From Trichoplax adhaerens (taxonomy: Eukaryota; Animalia; Placozoa), in the NCBI RefSeq assembly GCF_000150275.1, contig NW_002060983.1, positions 55,356 to 119,355 on the forward strand: a DNA stretch of 64,000 nt, written 5' to 3'. The notes under the pieces were generated by a model. That model was not told where the DNA came from. It was given only the letters and a program-made list of their open reading frames with translations, and did not search any database. Each line of letters opens with the position of its first letter. Within the stretch, counting starts at the first letter, position 1. Shown in pieces: positions 1-13,471 of the stretch. The position numbers and the translations under genes are program-made.

Positions 1-918
1 ACAACAGTATTTACAAACATAGACGTGTAATGACTCATACAGAATAGTCAGATTACGATATGTCCTATCACGGAACATTTCCATGATAATTTGCAATCTA
101 GCATAAGTAAATTACAATCACAATGATTGGAACTGTAAGTAGATGATTTGCATTCCCTATTATAACTATTAATTTCAGTAAGTGTATAAGTGTCACTGTC
201 ATAAAAAGTCAGTGCTATATTAAAACACAGTATATCCAAATTAGAAGTTTACTAAATAAGGATAGTCTAACAGAATTATTCTAACATAATTATTTCTACT
301 GTGTCACGGTACCTTTTTGCCGTGATGAGTTAGAAGTGTTATGGTATTTGTTATTGATGGAAATTGATGTGTTATGATGTTTGTTAGTAAGGTATTTTGA
401 TGATCAACTGTCCTTAGTTATTTTGTATGTATTCGAATAGGAGGATAGACTAGATAAATATAAATCTTGATGATGTGCAACCTTTGTGTTAGAGAGTTGT
501 TTATGCTGACACGATTTGTAGTCGTGTTGTAATATTATTACTGGATAGGAGGTGATGGTTGTGAGATCTCCTACGTGAGATTAATGTAAATAGTAAATAT
601 CTTAGAAAGTATATAAAGGCTAACTATGATGCCATGTGAACGAGGAGAAAGGCATAGAAAAGAATAAACTGTAGTGATAGTTATCTGTTCAAAAGCCTAC
701 GCTCAACTACTTGTGTAATCGAGTAACCTAGTGACGGTCAAAGAAGTGTAGTCCCACACCCGAGAAGTTAGTGTTCTAATAGGAAGCGTAGTTCCAGTAG
801 CACTTGTTCAGTGTCGGGATTGTACCGTATTTAGCTAAGTTTTACACGATAAGTAGAGATCCTGTGTCACAAAAACGTGGTTGTGACATACTGTAATACA
901 GTATTTAACACTTTAACA
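1..918 (-). mobile_element. Solo-LTR-like family A copy, truncated by window start and interrupted by element B
   Basis: 1-301 and 894-918 are the reverse complement of family A (61283-61879). Confidence 0.85.
302..888 (+). mobile_element. Solo-LTR-like family B (587 bp) nested in A
   Basis: TGTCAC...GTGACA termini; perfect TSD TACTG (297-301/889-893); TATATAAA at ~610 and AATAAA at 663. Confidence 0.88.
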
Positions 919-1056
919 ACGATGCAATTTGAAAATTTTTAGCTGCCTTTCAAATTTTTCATTGACGCAAGAAATAACCTGTATAAAATCTACAACTTGA
1001 TAATTGTATCTACGGTAAGAATTAAAGACAGGTCTAACTAAAAATCATTAAGTAGG

Positions 1057-2080
1057 TGTAGTGTAACTAGTATTGTGATTGTAGACTATTAGCCATGTTT
1101 ATTATAATGTATAGTAGCGTAACTTCTATATTTATCCTAAGAGATATTTGGTAGCTATAACTATAGACTGTATTGGTAGAGACTCTATGCTAGAGTATAG
1201 ATGACTATATACAGTAAGCTATTGTGTTACTAATAAGGCTATAGGTAAAAATAGGACTGTAAATCATATGTTCGGATATGGTTAATTCATTGTACTTTGG
1301 CTGGTGTGAATAATGTCTACGTAAATACTGTAGCCGTATCCATATCGGATTAATGATGGTCCGCAGTAGAATAGTCTTACTAAGAATAATTTAACTATGT
1401 GTGAAATAAGGTAAAAGGTAGCTGTAGTGTTTAATTCTAAATACGGTATAGTCTATTTTTAGTAAAAGTCAATTTCCACTAGATTGTAGCATAACTCTAA
1501 ATATGTATAATTTATATTTAACAAAATACTCTGTGGAAATCGCTTTGAATCTAGCTGAATTATATCGTAGCCCTGTCTTAACATAGAAGTAACATATTCT
1601 TATTAGTCATTTATGATTTCCTCCTGCTGTGCTTCATACATTATAAAAGCTATCTTCTTTCACCTATCTCGTTAGTTAGTTCTGCTAGTTACACGGTAAG
1701 CTTGCACGCTTTACCTATGCTACATTACTATAGCTATTCGACTAGTCACGTCGTTATACACGCTGTAATCTCACACAGTCTTTCCTTTGCGCTAATTCCA
1801 ATAAACTCTATTCCTCTACTAAATTAACTCTGGTAATTTACTGTGATCATGACGAATCCACAATCTTCCGAAACATCACAGTAGCCAAGCGGATTGTAGA
1901 TACGAATGCTACGAAAAGTATAAAAGCATGCAACTTTAGATTATTCTGTTAGTTCGTTGTAGAAGTCTTTAAAAGTAGTATTCGGCTAGAATAGAGCTGT
2001 GTGTAGTTAATCTTAGTATAAGATACAATAAAGCCCTTATTTTTCTAAAACTTGGAATTTCATGATTGGTATTTATCACA
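1057..2080 (+). mobile_element. Solo-LTR-like family C, interrupted by D
   Basis: TGTAG...TCACA termini; TSD GTAGG/GAAGG (4/5); homologous to 43819-44345; TATAAAA and AATAAA in the 3' half. Confidence 0.85.
1423..1880 (+). mobile_element. Solo-LTR-like family D (458 bp) nested in C
   Basis: TGTAG...TCACA termini; perfect TSD GTAGC (1418-1422/1881-1885); TATAAAA at ~1643 and AATAAA at ~1800. Confidence 0.85.
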
Positions 2081-2199
2081 GAAGGATATAATAGATTTTC
2101 TTTATTCACGTTTTCTGCCGTATTTATATTTGAAGTACTCATAATTTAATATCTATGGCCTAATAATAATATAAGGACTTAATCTAGAGTAATTCTAAT

Positions 2200-4450
2200 G
2201 ATCACGAAGATATTTTATTAAACGTCAGTATGTTTTCACTAGCTAATACGACAATGTCAAATAATTATAATAAGAAAGAATGTGATAAAATTAATTCCTA
2301 ATGCAATTTAAGAATATTTTTTGCAATCAATAAAATTATAGCATCGAGAATAAGAAAAAAAATACAGATACAAGAGGTGCATCAGGTAAAAAAATTTTTA
2401 ATTTCTGATAAAACAGTCATTCTCCCGAAACTTTCTCTACATCGTTTCTAACAATTCTAAAATATTTATACAACGTATTTTACATCCTTTTCTCTATGAT
2501 TTCAGTTTCAGATTTATATAATATAAGGTTACAATCTTCAAGTATGCATACTTTCTACTATTGTACAATAAATTTTGGCTTAAACTCTCAGTTATATTAT
2601 TGCATGCTAACCTAAAGGTTGAAAAATTACAATAGTCAAAGGAATTTAATTAAGTGATTCAAACGGAATCATCAGTCAAAACCTATATTATGCAATGTAG
2701 CAATAAGAAAATTTGTACCTTATTTGGTAAGCAGTTTAACTAAATATATAACTTACTAATTTTAAGCTTTTCAGACACGAAATGAAATATTCTTAGGCAG
2801 TTTAATACTGAGATTATGTGTGATTTATGATCGCAATGTACTAATGATATAAATTTGATCAGGGACGATGAGATAAAATAAATTGTATTGAAAGCTTTAA
2901 TTAAAAAAAAATTAAATCTGAAGTCATAGTCGTAAATTGGTATTTTATTAATAGTCTTCATTGATATTTTTTTATCAGCAGATTTACTCTCTAAATAAGT
3001 TAACTAGGGATTCTCTCTAAATGCTTTACGAGCAATAAGAAAGTATAAAAGTTTTTGCTCCTATTGAGTCATAATTTACTACGATCTATACTGATAAAAG
3101 ATTTTTCAACTATTAATAAAAGGATGTTATTTATTTCGAATAAAATTCAGGTTTTCCAAGTTCTTTTAAATGCGGTTACTATTACGTCTATTTAAATAAA
3201 CAAAGTTGAGAAGCCATTTATTGATCTTCAACAATAAGAAAAGCTGCAGTTCGTGTAGCTACTTAATTTATAAATGTAATACTAAACCTACTGGAAGAAA
3301 TTGTCAAAGGATAATTTAATATCATTTTTGGCAGCTATTTTGCTTCTACTATCCAACTTAAAATATTTGGTTTTAAAAGCCTATATTAAAGCCCGTTAAG
3401 GCATTGTAATATCTTAGAAATTATATTTTACCCTTCATCTTTGATAATGTTTTAATTAGTAGTTTGCTACTAAATTGAATTCTATCTTCTTTTTAATCCA
3501 GACATCTTGCCATTTCTGCCGTCAAACTTAAAGGCGCTTCAGTTAGTTATTCACTTAAATTTCAAACGGCATGCAATCTTTTTGGATAATGTGGCACCAA
3601 ATATACGTTTTACAATAAGTGATAAATAATAATTTTGTTATATCTGTAAGTTTAAGTTAGAATTTTGTCTTTCCACGGTAATACTAAAGAAACAGTAGGG
3701 TTGAGCATGAATTTGATATTTGAAATAAGAAATTATTTCTGGGTAAATTACAGCAATATTCAAATTAAGGCTTTATTTCAATTCATATATTATTAATTAA
3801 TACTTTCTGAAACGCTTATTTAAGAATAAAATATCAGTGAGGAAGACAATGAAGATTTAATAAAAGGCTTTAAGTTAAATAATATCTAAAAAAGCCTAGC
3901 TGACTTTGCAATCGATAACTTACTGCCAGACATAAGACCTCAATAAACATTGTATCTAAAATAAAATTGAGCTAACGTTAAAGAAATCGTATTGCTTAAA
4001 TTTATATGTATTATTCCAGCCAATGAAGTATATATCGTAAGATAATTTAGCGGTAAATTTTCTTTTAATGTATTGCTTTGTATAGACTATTTACACGTTA
4101 TTTGAATGAGAAATTTACTGGTAACAAATGATAATCGATATAACAGCTTTTAGTATTAAGTTAACTTTGTTCTTAAATGAAAAGATTTTTCTGCCGTAAA
4201 GGTATATTTTATTTTGATAATGGTGTCTTTATTCTAAATTTACTTACGTTATTAGAAAATAAATCATTGTCATCTAGCTTATTCTTTAAAGTACAAAATT
4301 ATTTTCTTGTAATATCATAAAAAACTTTATATCCAATAGTTTATTAAAGAACAAGAAAGTAATTATAGCTATGTTCACTAAGGAGAATATGTCATTGAAT
4401 CTACGGTGAGTTCTGATAGGTGCTATTGCATCTTCAAGCTTGACAATCCT
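2200..4450 (+). mobile_element. Fossil Gypsy pol (RT-RNase H-integrase order), extremely decayed
   Basis: By-eye motifs in order: KKKNTDTR (~2352; cf. KKKDGTWR), LP...YFTSFSL, TINFGL (~2565), RNase H-like KPFI...KY...*GI...LYL (3200-3480), possible HHCC at ~3910. Confidence 0.45.
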
Positions 4451-4694
4451 CTATAATGCAGTTGCATTTAATAACATCTTTAATATAACCGTTAAGATCT
4501 TACCTACTTAGACGTCTCATAGCTATTCTGTAGAGGATACATTACTGTCTTATACTTGACCAAAATAGTTTAAATCATGGACTGATAAAGAAGAAGCCAA
4601 TCAGATATGCATAATTTTAATGACGTGTAATATTAATTATATAACTTTAGCCAGGCATTAGCTAAGTTAAATTGATCGGTAAATTCGGTGGATC

Positions 4695-5729
4695 ATGTTA
4701 AATGAAAGTCGAGCCTTATCATTACCTTATCCATCAATACGAGTTGGCATGGATAATGAAACTATATCCAAGATAGCATTTTATCATGAAACCTCGCGGT
4801 ATTTAGCCGTTTTTATGATACCCATTTATATATTTGGAATTGGATCCAACATTTTATCAATAAATACGATATATAAATGCCGACGATTCCATACGCCGTC
4901 GTACATACTATCAGTCAATATGGCCACTTCAGATATCATGCTATTGTCCAATGCTATCCTCTTCGGCATTACCAATTCTATATGGTTATTTAGTCAAGAA
5001 AGTGGTACAACTTTTAGATATCAGAAAGTATTGTGCAAGATCAATCTTTTTATGTTAAGTGCATCTTATACGACTTCTTCTCAATCATTAATGGCAATTA
5101 GTATCGATCGCTATTTTACTATAGTTCATTTAAAATCTCGATCACCATTTACTAGTCGAAGGTTTTTAATTATTACCATAATATTAACTTGGGTGATCGG
5201 ATTTACAGTTGCTAGTCCTTTTATCGTTATAACGAATAATAATGAAAAGTATCCATTTATGTGTGATTTAATTTATGATGATCGTCCTTTTATGCAGATC
5301 TATCTCCTTGTTACAGTAGTAATTGGCTATCCTATTCCATTGTTAGTAGTAGCCACCTTGTACTATAAGATTATAAGGCGAGTTAAATCATCAATTATGG
5401 CCAATAAAAATTCCGTTACAGTAATACACCATAGTAGCCATCGCCAAATTAATGCAACTAAAATTATGTTTATCGCGACATTTCTATTTATGAGTAATTC
5501 TATTCCATTTGCCATTGTTTGGGTAACTATAGCAGTTATTGGTAAATCTTATGTTGAATTTCTTCTTAGCCTAAGTCGGCTTATGTTTATCTTAATTTCC
5601 TTCGCTTTCGGACTAGGTATCATGAACGCTTTACAAAATCCTATAATTTTCCTAGTATTTAATCAAACTTTTAGGCGCGCAGTTGTAGAAAACCTTCGAA
5701 AAGATTTTTCTCTATGTTCTGCAAGATAG
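4695..5729 (+). CDS. Rhodopsin-class (class A) GPCR, intronless, array member 1 (344 aa)
   Basis: Seven hydrophobic segments; TM2 NMATSD, TM3 C...SIDRY, TM4 W, ECL2 Cys (YPFMCD), TM5 YPIP, TM7 QNPIIF, helix 8 FRRAV. Confidence 0.93.
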   Translation: MLNESRALSLPYPSIRVGMDNETISKIAFYHETSRYLAVFMIPIYIFGIGSNILSINTIYKCRRFHTPSYILSVNMATSDIMLLSNAILFGITNSIWLFSQESGTTFRYQKVLCKINLFMLSASYTTSSQSLMAISIDRYFTIVHLKSRSPFTSRRFLIITIILTWVIGFTVASPFIVITNNNEKYPFMCDLIYDDRPFMQIYLLVTVVIGYPIPLLVVATLYYKIIRRVKSSIMANKNSVTVIHHSSHRQINATKIMFIATFLFMSNSIPFAIVWVTIAVIGKSYVEFLLSLSRLMFILISFAFGLGIMNALQNPIIFLVFNQTFRRAVVENLRKDFSLCSAR

Positions 5730-6077
5730 TGTTTTAATATGATCATTAGGGGATATCGTAATTCTCCAAGAATTTAATATTTCTAATTTTCAACTAATAC
5801 AATTCATTTAATATCTTCAAATCCATTTTATTGCCTGCTAAATTTTAATAGATGTTGAAAGTAATTGTTGGCAATTATTATTCTAAATATTATATGATAA
5901 GAAGATCTTTTACAAGTCTCGAATGTATATTCTTTACTGTTTTTTTAATTACATATCTTAATTATCTAGCATTTCATAATTTAAAAGATTTACGTAAAAG
6001 AATTAAGTATCACTATCATCCAAGTTTGAAGGTCACGTATTCGTATGAATACTATAACTGCGATATTATAGTAACGT

Positions 6078-8026
6078 TGTAGTAGAGGACAAAAATTAAA
6101 GCCCTTTATAGATTTTAGCATGTAACTATTATAACTTTACTATAGAAAATACTTGCAAGGTGATAGTATCTTCAAGTTCTATCCTGCCAAATCATTATGT
6201 CGCTATCTTTTCTTCTTCAATATTTTACAAAGTGTTGTATAGATTACAATAGAAATAACCTAGGAGTAATCGCCTAATCTAAATAATAGGCATTTGATAG
6301 TCTATTATGATTATAAATGAAATTGACTTGGTAACAATACCATATCCATGGAGAAGTTGGATTTATAATATAGCAATAAAGTATTATAATGTAGATTATA
6401 ATCGTACCTTACCATACAACTTCGTGCTACAACATCAACTACCAATATTTATGTCAGATAAGAAGTCTTAGTTGTAATGTAAAATTTTTTAATAAACGAT
6501 TATTTGCCTTTATAAAATTCGGATTTTTGGGATTCAAATTTTGGAACCTGTCTGATCTGTGTCTGTGACAGTGTTATATACTGTATTGAAGTAGAAATAT
6601 CTATGTTAGAATAATTCTGTTGAACTATCCTTATTTAGTTAAGTTCTAATTTCGACATACTGTGTTTTAATATAGCACTGACTTTTTATGACAGTGACAC
6701 GTATGCACTTACTAAAATTAATAGTGATAATAGGGAATGCAAATCATCTACTGTACTTACAGTTCGAATCATTGTGATTGTAATTTACTTATGGTAGATT
6801 GTAAATTATCATGGAAATGTTCCGTGATTGGACATATCGCAATCTGACTATTCTGTACTAGTCATTACGCGTCTATGTTCGTAAATACTGTTGTCTGCAT
6901 CAAGGCAGCAGTAGCTAAAATTAATATCTAATTCAGTAAATGATTCCAAAGTTAATCGTACTAACTATTACTCATGAACTATTGCGGAAGAGTATATAAA
7001 TGCAGTATATCGTGTAATAAAGTGGATTCTTAAACATAGTATTTAACTTGTAATTCGAGGCGTCTAAGTCTTTATGCAGTCTGCTAGTAGAGCAAAAGTG
7101 TTTCTGATAGTGCAGATATCGTTCCTTGATACGTGGTTCAAGGAATTGACTCATTGATCGTACATTACGTTATCTTGTTGCAAAATTGTTTTATGACTGT
7201 GAATTTTAATTTTGAAAAATGTTGTAAGAGTTGATTTTTGAAATTTGAACCTTTTGTTTTGAATTTGAAAGTTTAGAATTTTATGACGCGACTTGAAAGT
7301 TACATTGGAAAAGCTTAGTTGGGAAAATAGAAAATAAGACGGCAAATGACAGAGGTTGTGTCGATTTATAAGTAGTTAGACTGTTTCCTTTTTGACTAAT
7401 CTTGATGTTTAAAGGTTAATTTTAGACTTTTATTATGTATTAATGAACAGAAATAATCTCAGAAGTGAAGCATGATGTAATTTATATATAGTCAGTTTGT
7501 TGGTTTATAGTATTTTGTAAGGGAATGATAAGGTAAATTGTGTCAGAATTTTAATTGATTTTTGTTTCTTAAGTGGTGCAAAGTAGTTTTCTAAAATGAA
7601 TCTTAAGAGTGATTGGTTAATAAATGTTTAGTTTCAAACAGCGCTGACGGCTGAATGAAGGGTTTAAATGATAAAGCAATAACAAAATTTAGAGTAGAAA
7701 GTAAAAGAAAACTGTTTTGAAGGACTGGTTGAATTCTAAAAACCTTCGAGATCGAAATGTAGTAACTGAAAACGATCTTTTTTTTGTTAGGTTGTTTGGT
7801 TCTTGACAGATTCAGTTCTGTCATTTTATATGTTTTTTCACTTATAATTATTAAAATTAAGTATTTGAAAGGTAGTCTAATCTGACTTTTTCATGCTTTC
7901 TTAGTAAATTGGAGATTGACCGTTTCCCCAATTTTTATTATTGTTGTCAAGTTTGTGTTAAGTCAGCTAGAGTGTCAAGAAAATCGAATCAAAGTTTATT
8001 AGAAGTAAAGCGGCTTGATTTCTACA
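6078..8026 (+). mobile_element. Long (~1.3 kb) solo-LTR-like family E, older, interrupted by an A copy
   Basis: TGTAG...CTACA ends; homologous to 63003-64000 (+) and 23533-24517 (-); no TSD seen. Confidence 0.75.
6564..7198 (+). mobile_element. Family A copy nested in E
   Basis: Colinear with 61283-61879; the 3' terminus and TSD are partly degraded. Confidence 0.85.
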
Positions 8027-9227
8027 TATTTCCATTCATTGCAATATCAAGTATAATTTCGAATCATTATTTACTTAGGTGATCAATTCTGCTGAATGGA
8101 AATTTATTCAGAAAGTCAATTTCATTTCGTACTTCTGTATCGCGATTGATAAGTTTAAGCGAGCCATCGATATCAATATCAGAATAATTATATTTATTGT
8201 TAATACATTCGATAGATTAGTAGCACTAGTTTTAAAATTTAATCTAATTTTTATTCTGGTTAGATTAAAGGTAGCTTATATTTTTAAAAAAAATCAAGCA
8301 TTTTTTTGTAATTTTACAAAATAGGTGCAAGTATAGCCTGTCGCATTTCCAGACACTGCTTAATTCTAATTGTACGCAGTAGAATCTAAGTATAGTAGAA
8401 TATGATTATTTCTATATTTTTTAACCCGACTAGAAGGCACATAATTATAAAAGCAAGACTGTAACACTTAGTCATGCTAGTACAACACCCATCCCAGTTA
8501 ATAGCATCATCATACCCTTACTAGTTTATTAGACAACTGTAAACTTTGTAATACAATCGATATGACTTAACATCACTTATCTACAATATGAAATCCAATA
8601 CCCAGGTAGTTTCGTACATGTTTTTCTAGGCCAAATTTTTGATAATAATATATTTCAATTACATCTAGTATTCAAATATTAAAATCAATACTCAAGCTAT
8701 TAATCCAACGACTTCATATTATTTATGTGGTGCTAATAAAAGGAAAATTGCGAATGAAGCAAGTAGTAATGTGATTATCCCTGCATTTAATTTTTTAAGT
8801 GAAGTTTATTGAGAGCCTATTAATAGCAGATTTAACTTTTTCTACATCTTTTAAGAGCAGATATAATCGCCCAAAATTAATTGAAGAATAAACTTAATCG
8901 TGCAATTACAATATTAAGAATAAAACTCATAATTTTATGACATCTGAAGTAGTACTCTCAGTTTTAGGTTTATTAACAGTATAATTTGAAAATACTAATC
9001 TTTATTTTCTAAATTTAGCAAGCCACGCTACCACAGATTCGCAAGAGATGAAATTTTATATAAGTAATCTAAAAATAACTAGTATAGCATTAAAAATATC
9101 GCTACATGAACGTTTCGCAGCATATCCATAGTCACAATTTGGAAAAGCAATATTCAGCCTTATCTCACGAAAAAAAAATATAATAAGAAATATAAACCTG
9201 TTCAACTTGAAAACGTGATGAATACTT

Positions 9228-9708
9228 NNNNNNNNNNNNNNNNNNNNNNNNNNNNNNNNNNNNNNNNNNNNNNNNNNNNNNNNNNNNNNNNNNNNNNNNN
9301 NNNNNNNNNNNNNNNNNNNNNNNNNNNNNNNNNNNNNNNNNNNNNNNNNNNNNNNNNNNNNNNNNNNNNNNNNNNNNNNNNNNNNNNNNNNNNNNNNNNN
9401 NNNNNNNNNNNNNNNNNNNNNNNNNNNNNNNNNNNNNNNNNNNNNNNNNNNNNNNNNNNNNNNNNNNNNNNNNNNNNNNNNNNNNNNNNNNNNNNNNNNN
9501 NNNNNNNNNNNNNNNNNNNNNNNNNNNNNNNNNNNNNNNNNNNNNNNNNNNNNNNNNNNNNNNNNNNNNNNNNNNNNNNNNNNNNNNNNNNNNNNNNNNN
9601 NNNNNNNNNNNNNNNNNNNNNNNNNNNNNNNNNNNNNNNNNNNNNNNNNNNNNNNNNNNNNNNNNNNNNNNNNNNNNNNNNNNNNNNNNNNNNNNNNNNN
9701 NNNNNNNN
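9228..9708. other. Assembly gap (481 N); further gaps at 18878-18927, 20695-20744, 22542-22737, 28351-28400
   Basis: Runs of N. Confidence 0.99.
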
Positions 9709-10226
9709 ATACACCTTAGCTTAAAATGTTTTAAAGGAACATTGCCTAATTTCTAAGATTAATGCATGAACGGTTTTAATTTAACGAAGCATCTAAGAAG
9801 CAATTAACTATTCGGAAAAAAAGATCTTATAAACCGTAAATAGATCGCAACAAGGATATTTCACATTTTTCAAACCCGATCCAACGCGCAACATTTATAT
9901 ACGACTCGTACATCAGTAAGCATGGTTTTTCTCAGTAATTTATTGGTAACAAAAAACTTAGAGGATTTGTATAGCATTTGCACAAATAAGGTTATGGACA
10001 ACCCCAAAAACAATAAGCGTATGTAGGTCATACTGAAGTATAAATTTAATAAACTTTTTAGCTAAATAGCTAACTATTCCAATAAAATGTAATATGGCAT
10101 CGAATTGATCATAAATATCACATTAGTTCAGTTTATGATCTTAGTCGTCACTTAGTAGTAGCGTTTAATGTTATTAATTACACTTCAACCAAAATTACAA
10201 GAACTGGTATTTCCTTTTAGATTTAA

Positions 10227-10256
10227 TGTATTTTGATGTACTGTATTTTGATGTAC
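10227..10256 (+). repeat. Perfect 15-bp tandem duplication TGTATTTTGATGTAC x2
   Basis: Direct reading. Confidence 0.9.
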
Positions 10257-10570
10257 AGATACGACGCCATAAATTAAAGGTGTTAAAAACTCTAGGCAGT
10301 TGCAAAGCTTTGGTATGTAATAAATGATGCCGAGTAAGTGAAATGATTCGTTCCTAAATTGCAAAGAAATGACGCATTGTTACATACATCTATGACTACA
10401 TCTCGACCATAAGATGCTAATTGAAGATGTTTGTTAATGTTACTGTAAAGTGAAAAAATTAATCATCAGGAATAAAATGTCAGATGTGGCCATAATAAGT
10501 AAACATTATTAACAATTAATAAAATCCTAATTACTTATTACTAAAACTAACGCTGCAATTAATTGACGGA

Positions 10571-11054
10571 GTCTATACTTAGCCGAATACTACTACTAAA
10601 GACTTCTACAACGAACTAACTGAATAATCTAAAGTTACATGCTTTTATACTTTTCGTAGCATTCGCAGCTACAATCCGCATGGTAACCTTTATCTTATTT
10701 TACACATGGTTAAATTATTCTTAGTAAGACTATTCTACTGCGGACCATCATTAATCCGACATGGATACGACTACGGTATTTACGTAGACATTATTCACAC
10801 CAGCCAAAGTACAATGAATTAATCATATCCTAATATATGATTTACAGTTTTATTTTTACCTATAGCTTTATTAGTAACTTAATAATTATCACCTTATTGT
10901 ATATAGTCATCTATACTCTGTCATAGATTCTATATCACTACAGTCTATAGTAATGGCTACCAAATATCTCTTAGGATAAATATAGAAGTTACGCTACCGT
11001 ACATTATACTAAACATGGCTAACAGTCTACAATCACAATACTAAGTTACATCAC
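10571..11054 (-). mobile_element. Family C copy, 3'-truncated
   Basis: Reverse complement of C; lacks the AATAAA-to-terminus segment. Confidence 0.8.
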
Positions 11055-12059
11055 TACCTCAATTATGAAGTTGAGGCTTTCATATAGCCTCAAAAACTTC
11101 GTTGGAGCATAGCAATTATAAATTGATAACTAAGTCTACATGCTGAATATAGAAAAAATCTCAAAAACAATTTCTATGACATTTAATAGCACTTAATTCA
11201 TAGCTAGGTGTAAATATATAATTTATTACTCAACTAAACTATATCATTGATAACGCATTAAATAATTAATTGTGACATAAGTACTATACATATCTAATGT
11301 CAACCGAAATGTTTATTTCTCTTCTAATCATCGATATCAAATCTTAAATTATCTTAGACCTGTATCATAAAGTCGAACGTTCAAGAAAAATTTTTGATAA
11401 CAGTTTATTTAATTACTCTGCTCTGGTTTCCTTTGTTGATAACAAATCGTTTCTATTATAATATTTTTTTCGTTCATTAAAGTCACAATTTCAGATTCCT
11501 ATATAATAAAAACCGGCATTGATAATATTATCAAAGTCGATTAAGAAAGGGCACCAGTCACATAGTAATAATTCATAAAATGTTTCTAACAAGAGCTAGT
11601 TTGAATCTATGCTCCCTGAGTTTACTTAAATTGTATAACAATTTTACTATATGCAAACTTTGCGGATCTATCATAATTTTTAAAACCATTTCAGCTACTA
11701 ATAGCATTAACGTAAGTTTAAATCTATTATTTTTGAATGATTTTAGTTAATTTGACTTCCTCTAAAGAGACATTTACTTTAAGTTAGCTTTAAGTTAGGT
11801 TATCTTATTTTAGTTTCATATTTAAAGCCAAGATTTAGATAAATACTGATGTTGGCTGTTGTTGAAGATATAGTATTTCTAGAGTAAAGAAAGCTTGAAA
11901 ACTGATGTTGTCGTGTTTAAATTTTTGTCTTTGTGCTTTTTGAAAAGGGTAGTTCTAGACAGCTTAGTCATTAAAAGAGTAGGTGTATAATACGCTATCA
12001 TTGGTTAATTTAAGCGTTGTGACAATATCACATTGCTATGTTAAAATATAATGTGAAGC

Positions 12060-12294
12060 AGATAGAGAAGACCTGGACCCACGCGAAAAATAATAACAAA
12101 AAGATAATGGACCAATCGCGAATCGCGCATACATTATTGCATAAATATATATAGAAAATTACAGAGTTGAAACGATATATATATTTCTTTGCGCTCGCGC
12201 GGCGTATATATTCGATTTTTAGTGTTATATTTTTTATTTCCTTTTATTATCTTTTTGTTATTATTTTTCGCGTGGGTCCAGGTCTTCTCTATCT
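12060..12294. mobile_element. 235-bp non-autonomous TIR element with Polinton/Maverick-type termini
   Basis: Perfect 49-bp TIRs (12060-12108 / 12246-12294) starting AGATAGAG and ending CTCTATCT; 6-bp TSD TGAAGC (12054-12059/12295-12300). Confidence 0.88.
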
Positions 12295-13471
12295 TGAAGC
12301 AGCCATCGTTAGTTTGTGATCGACGTTCAAATCACTGAATTTTACTTATTATAGCAATTCTAATTTAAATCTGTAAAATGTTTGTAATCTTTCTTCGGCT
12401 TTTAGCTAAGTGCCTAGTTTCGCGATGTAATAAAGGTTAAATTTTTATAATTCTTATTCAAATAATAGGTACTTTTGGTATGATGAGTAATACAGTGTAA
12501 CATATTGATCTATCGTCAAATTTTCGATTTTGGTTACACTTCTTTTTAAGGTCGAATTCTTGTCAACAGACAAAATTTATAGACAAATTATAATTATTTG
12601 AAGGTTATTTTAAAGTCTATGACGCCACTTACTTTTAGGATTGTATACCATTAACCATGTTTTGTATTATTTACAGTAGTATACTTGTAGCTCTCTATAT
12701 TTATCTGAAGACATATTTAGTAGCATAAAACCATAGGCATTAGTGAAAATTCTAAACTAAAATGTAGACTACTTCATACAGTAGAGCATTTAGTTACTAT
12801 TAAGGTTAAAGGTGAAAATAGATGTGTTATTCTTATATTAGAATGTAATTATTTCATTATACTTTGACTGATATAATATAGTGTGTGCGTAAATGCTGTA
12901 GCAGTTCCTGTATTGGATTATTGATTGTCCGCTGTAAAATATTGTTGCTAATAATCTGAAAATGTGCAAAATATGATAGAATGTTGCTCTGCTGATTGTA
13001 GCTGCGAATGCTACAAAAAGTATAAAATCTGGCAACTTTGATTACCCTAGTGGTTCCTTCAAGGAACTTTTATTAGTTTTATTCGACTAGAGTGAAGCTA
13101 TGCATACATTATCTTGGTATAAAGATTAAATAAGGTTTAAATTATCTACAAATTTTGGATTTTTATGATTATTTGTGTCGCCAAGTCAGTTTAAAAATTA
13201 ATTTTAAACTCATTATTTATCATTAAGAAACTTTACTTTTAAACGTTACTTCCCGATACTTAAGTTGTCGTACAAGAAAAAAAAATACTTAATGATTTTA
13301 AAATTCTCTCATTGATCTAGTAAAATTATCGGTTTATTATCATACCTATTCTCAAATATGTTACAGTCACTTAATATATTGACAAACAAGAGGAATATGA
13401 TATGGACTTCTATGGTTGCATCCTTAAGCTAAGCACGTAACTGTTTGTATATTTTAGTATCACCGTAAAGA

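Larger units (their letters stand above)
8050..10560 (+). mobile_element. Fossil Gypsy pol (RT, gap, integrase)
   Basis: PIP...I*LNITYLQYEI...NIFQL in one frame at 8482-8670 (cf. PIP...LDLKDAYLQIEL...GLFQ); FGM**MMPSK*NDSF at ~10310 (cf. FGLPE.IVSDNGPQF). Confidence 0.5.

Noticed and set aside
302-888. TG..CA elements as classical MITEs
   Set aside because: Terminal inverted repeats are only 3-7 bp, and TATA/poly(A) signals are oriented as in LTRs
48-7824. Short ORFs at 48-239, 6972-7154, 7151-7345, 7603-7824 and 63408-63674
   Set aside because: They lie in LTR-like repeats, are not conserved between copies and show no domains
9202-9724. 170-aa ORFs (also the 81-84 aa ORFs at 22501-22775)
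   Set aside because: Artefacts of N runs
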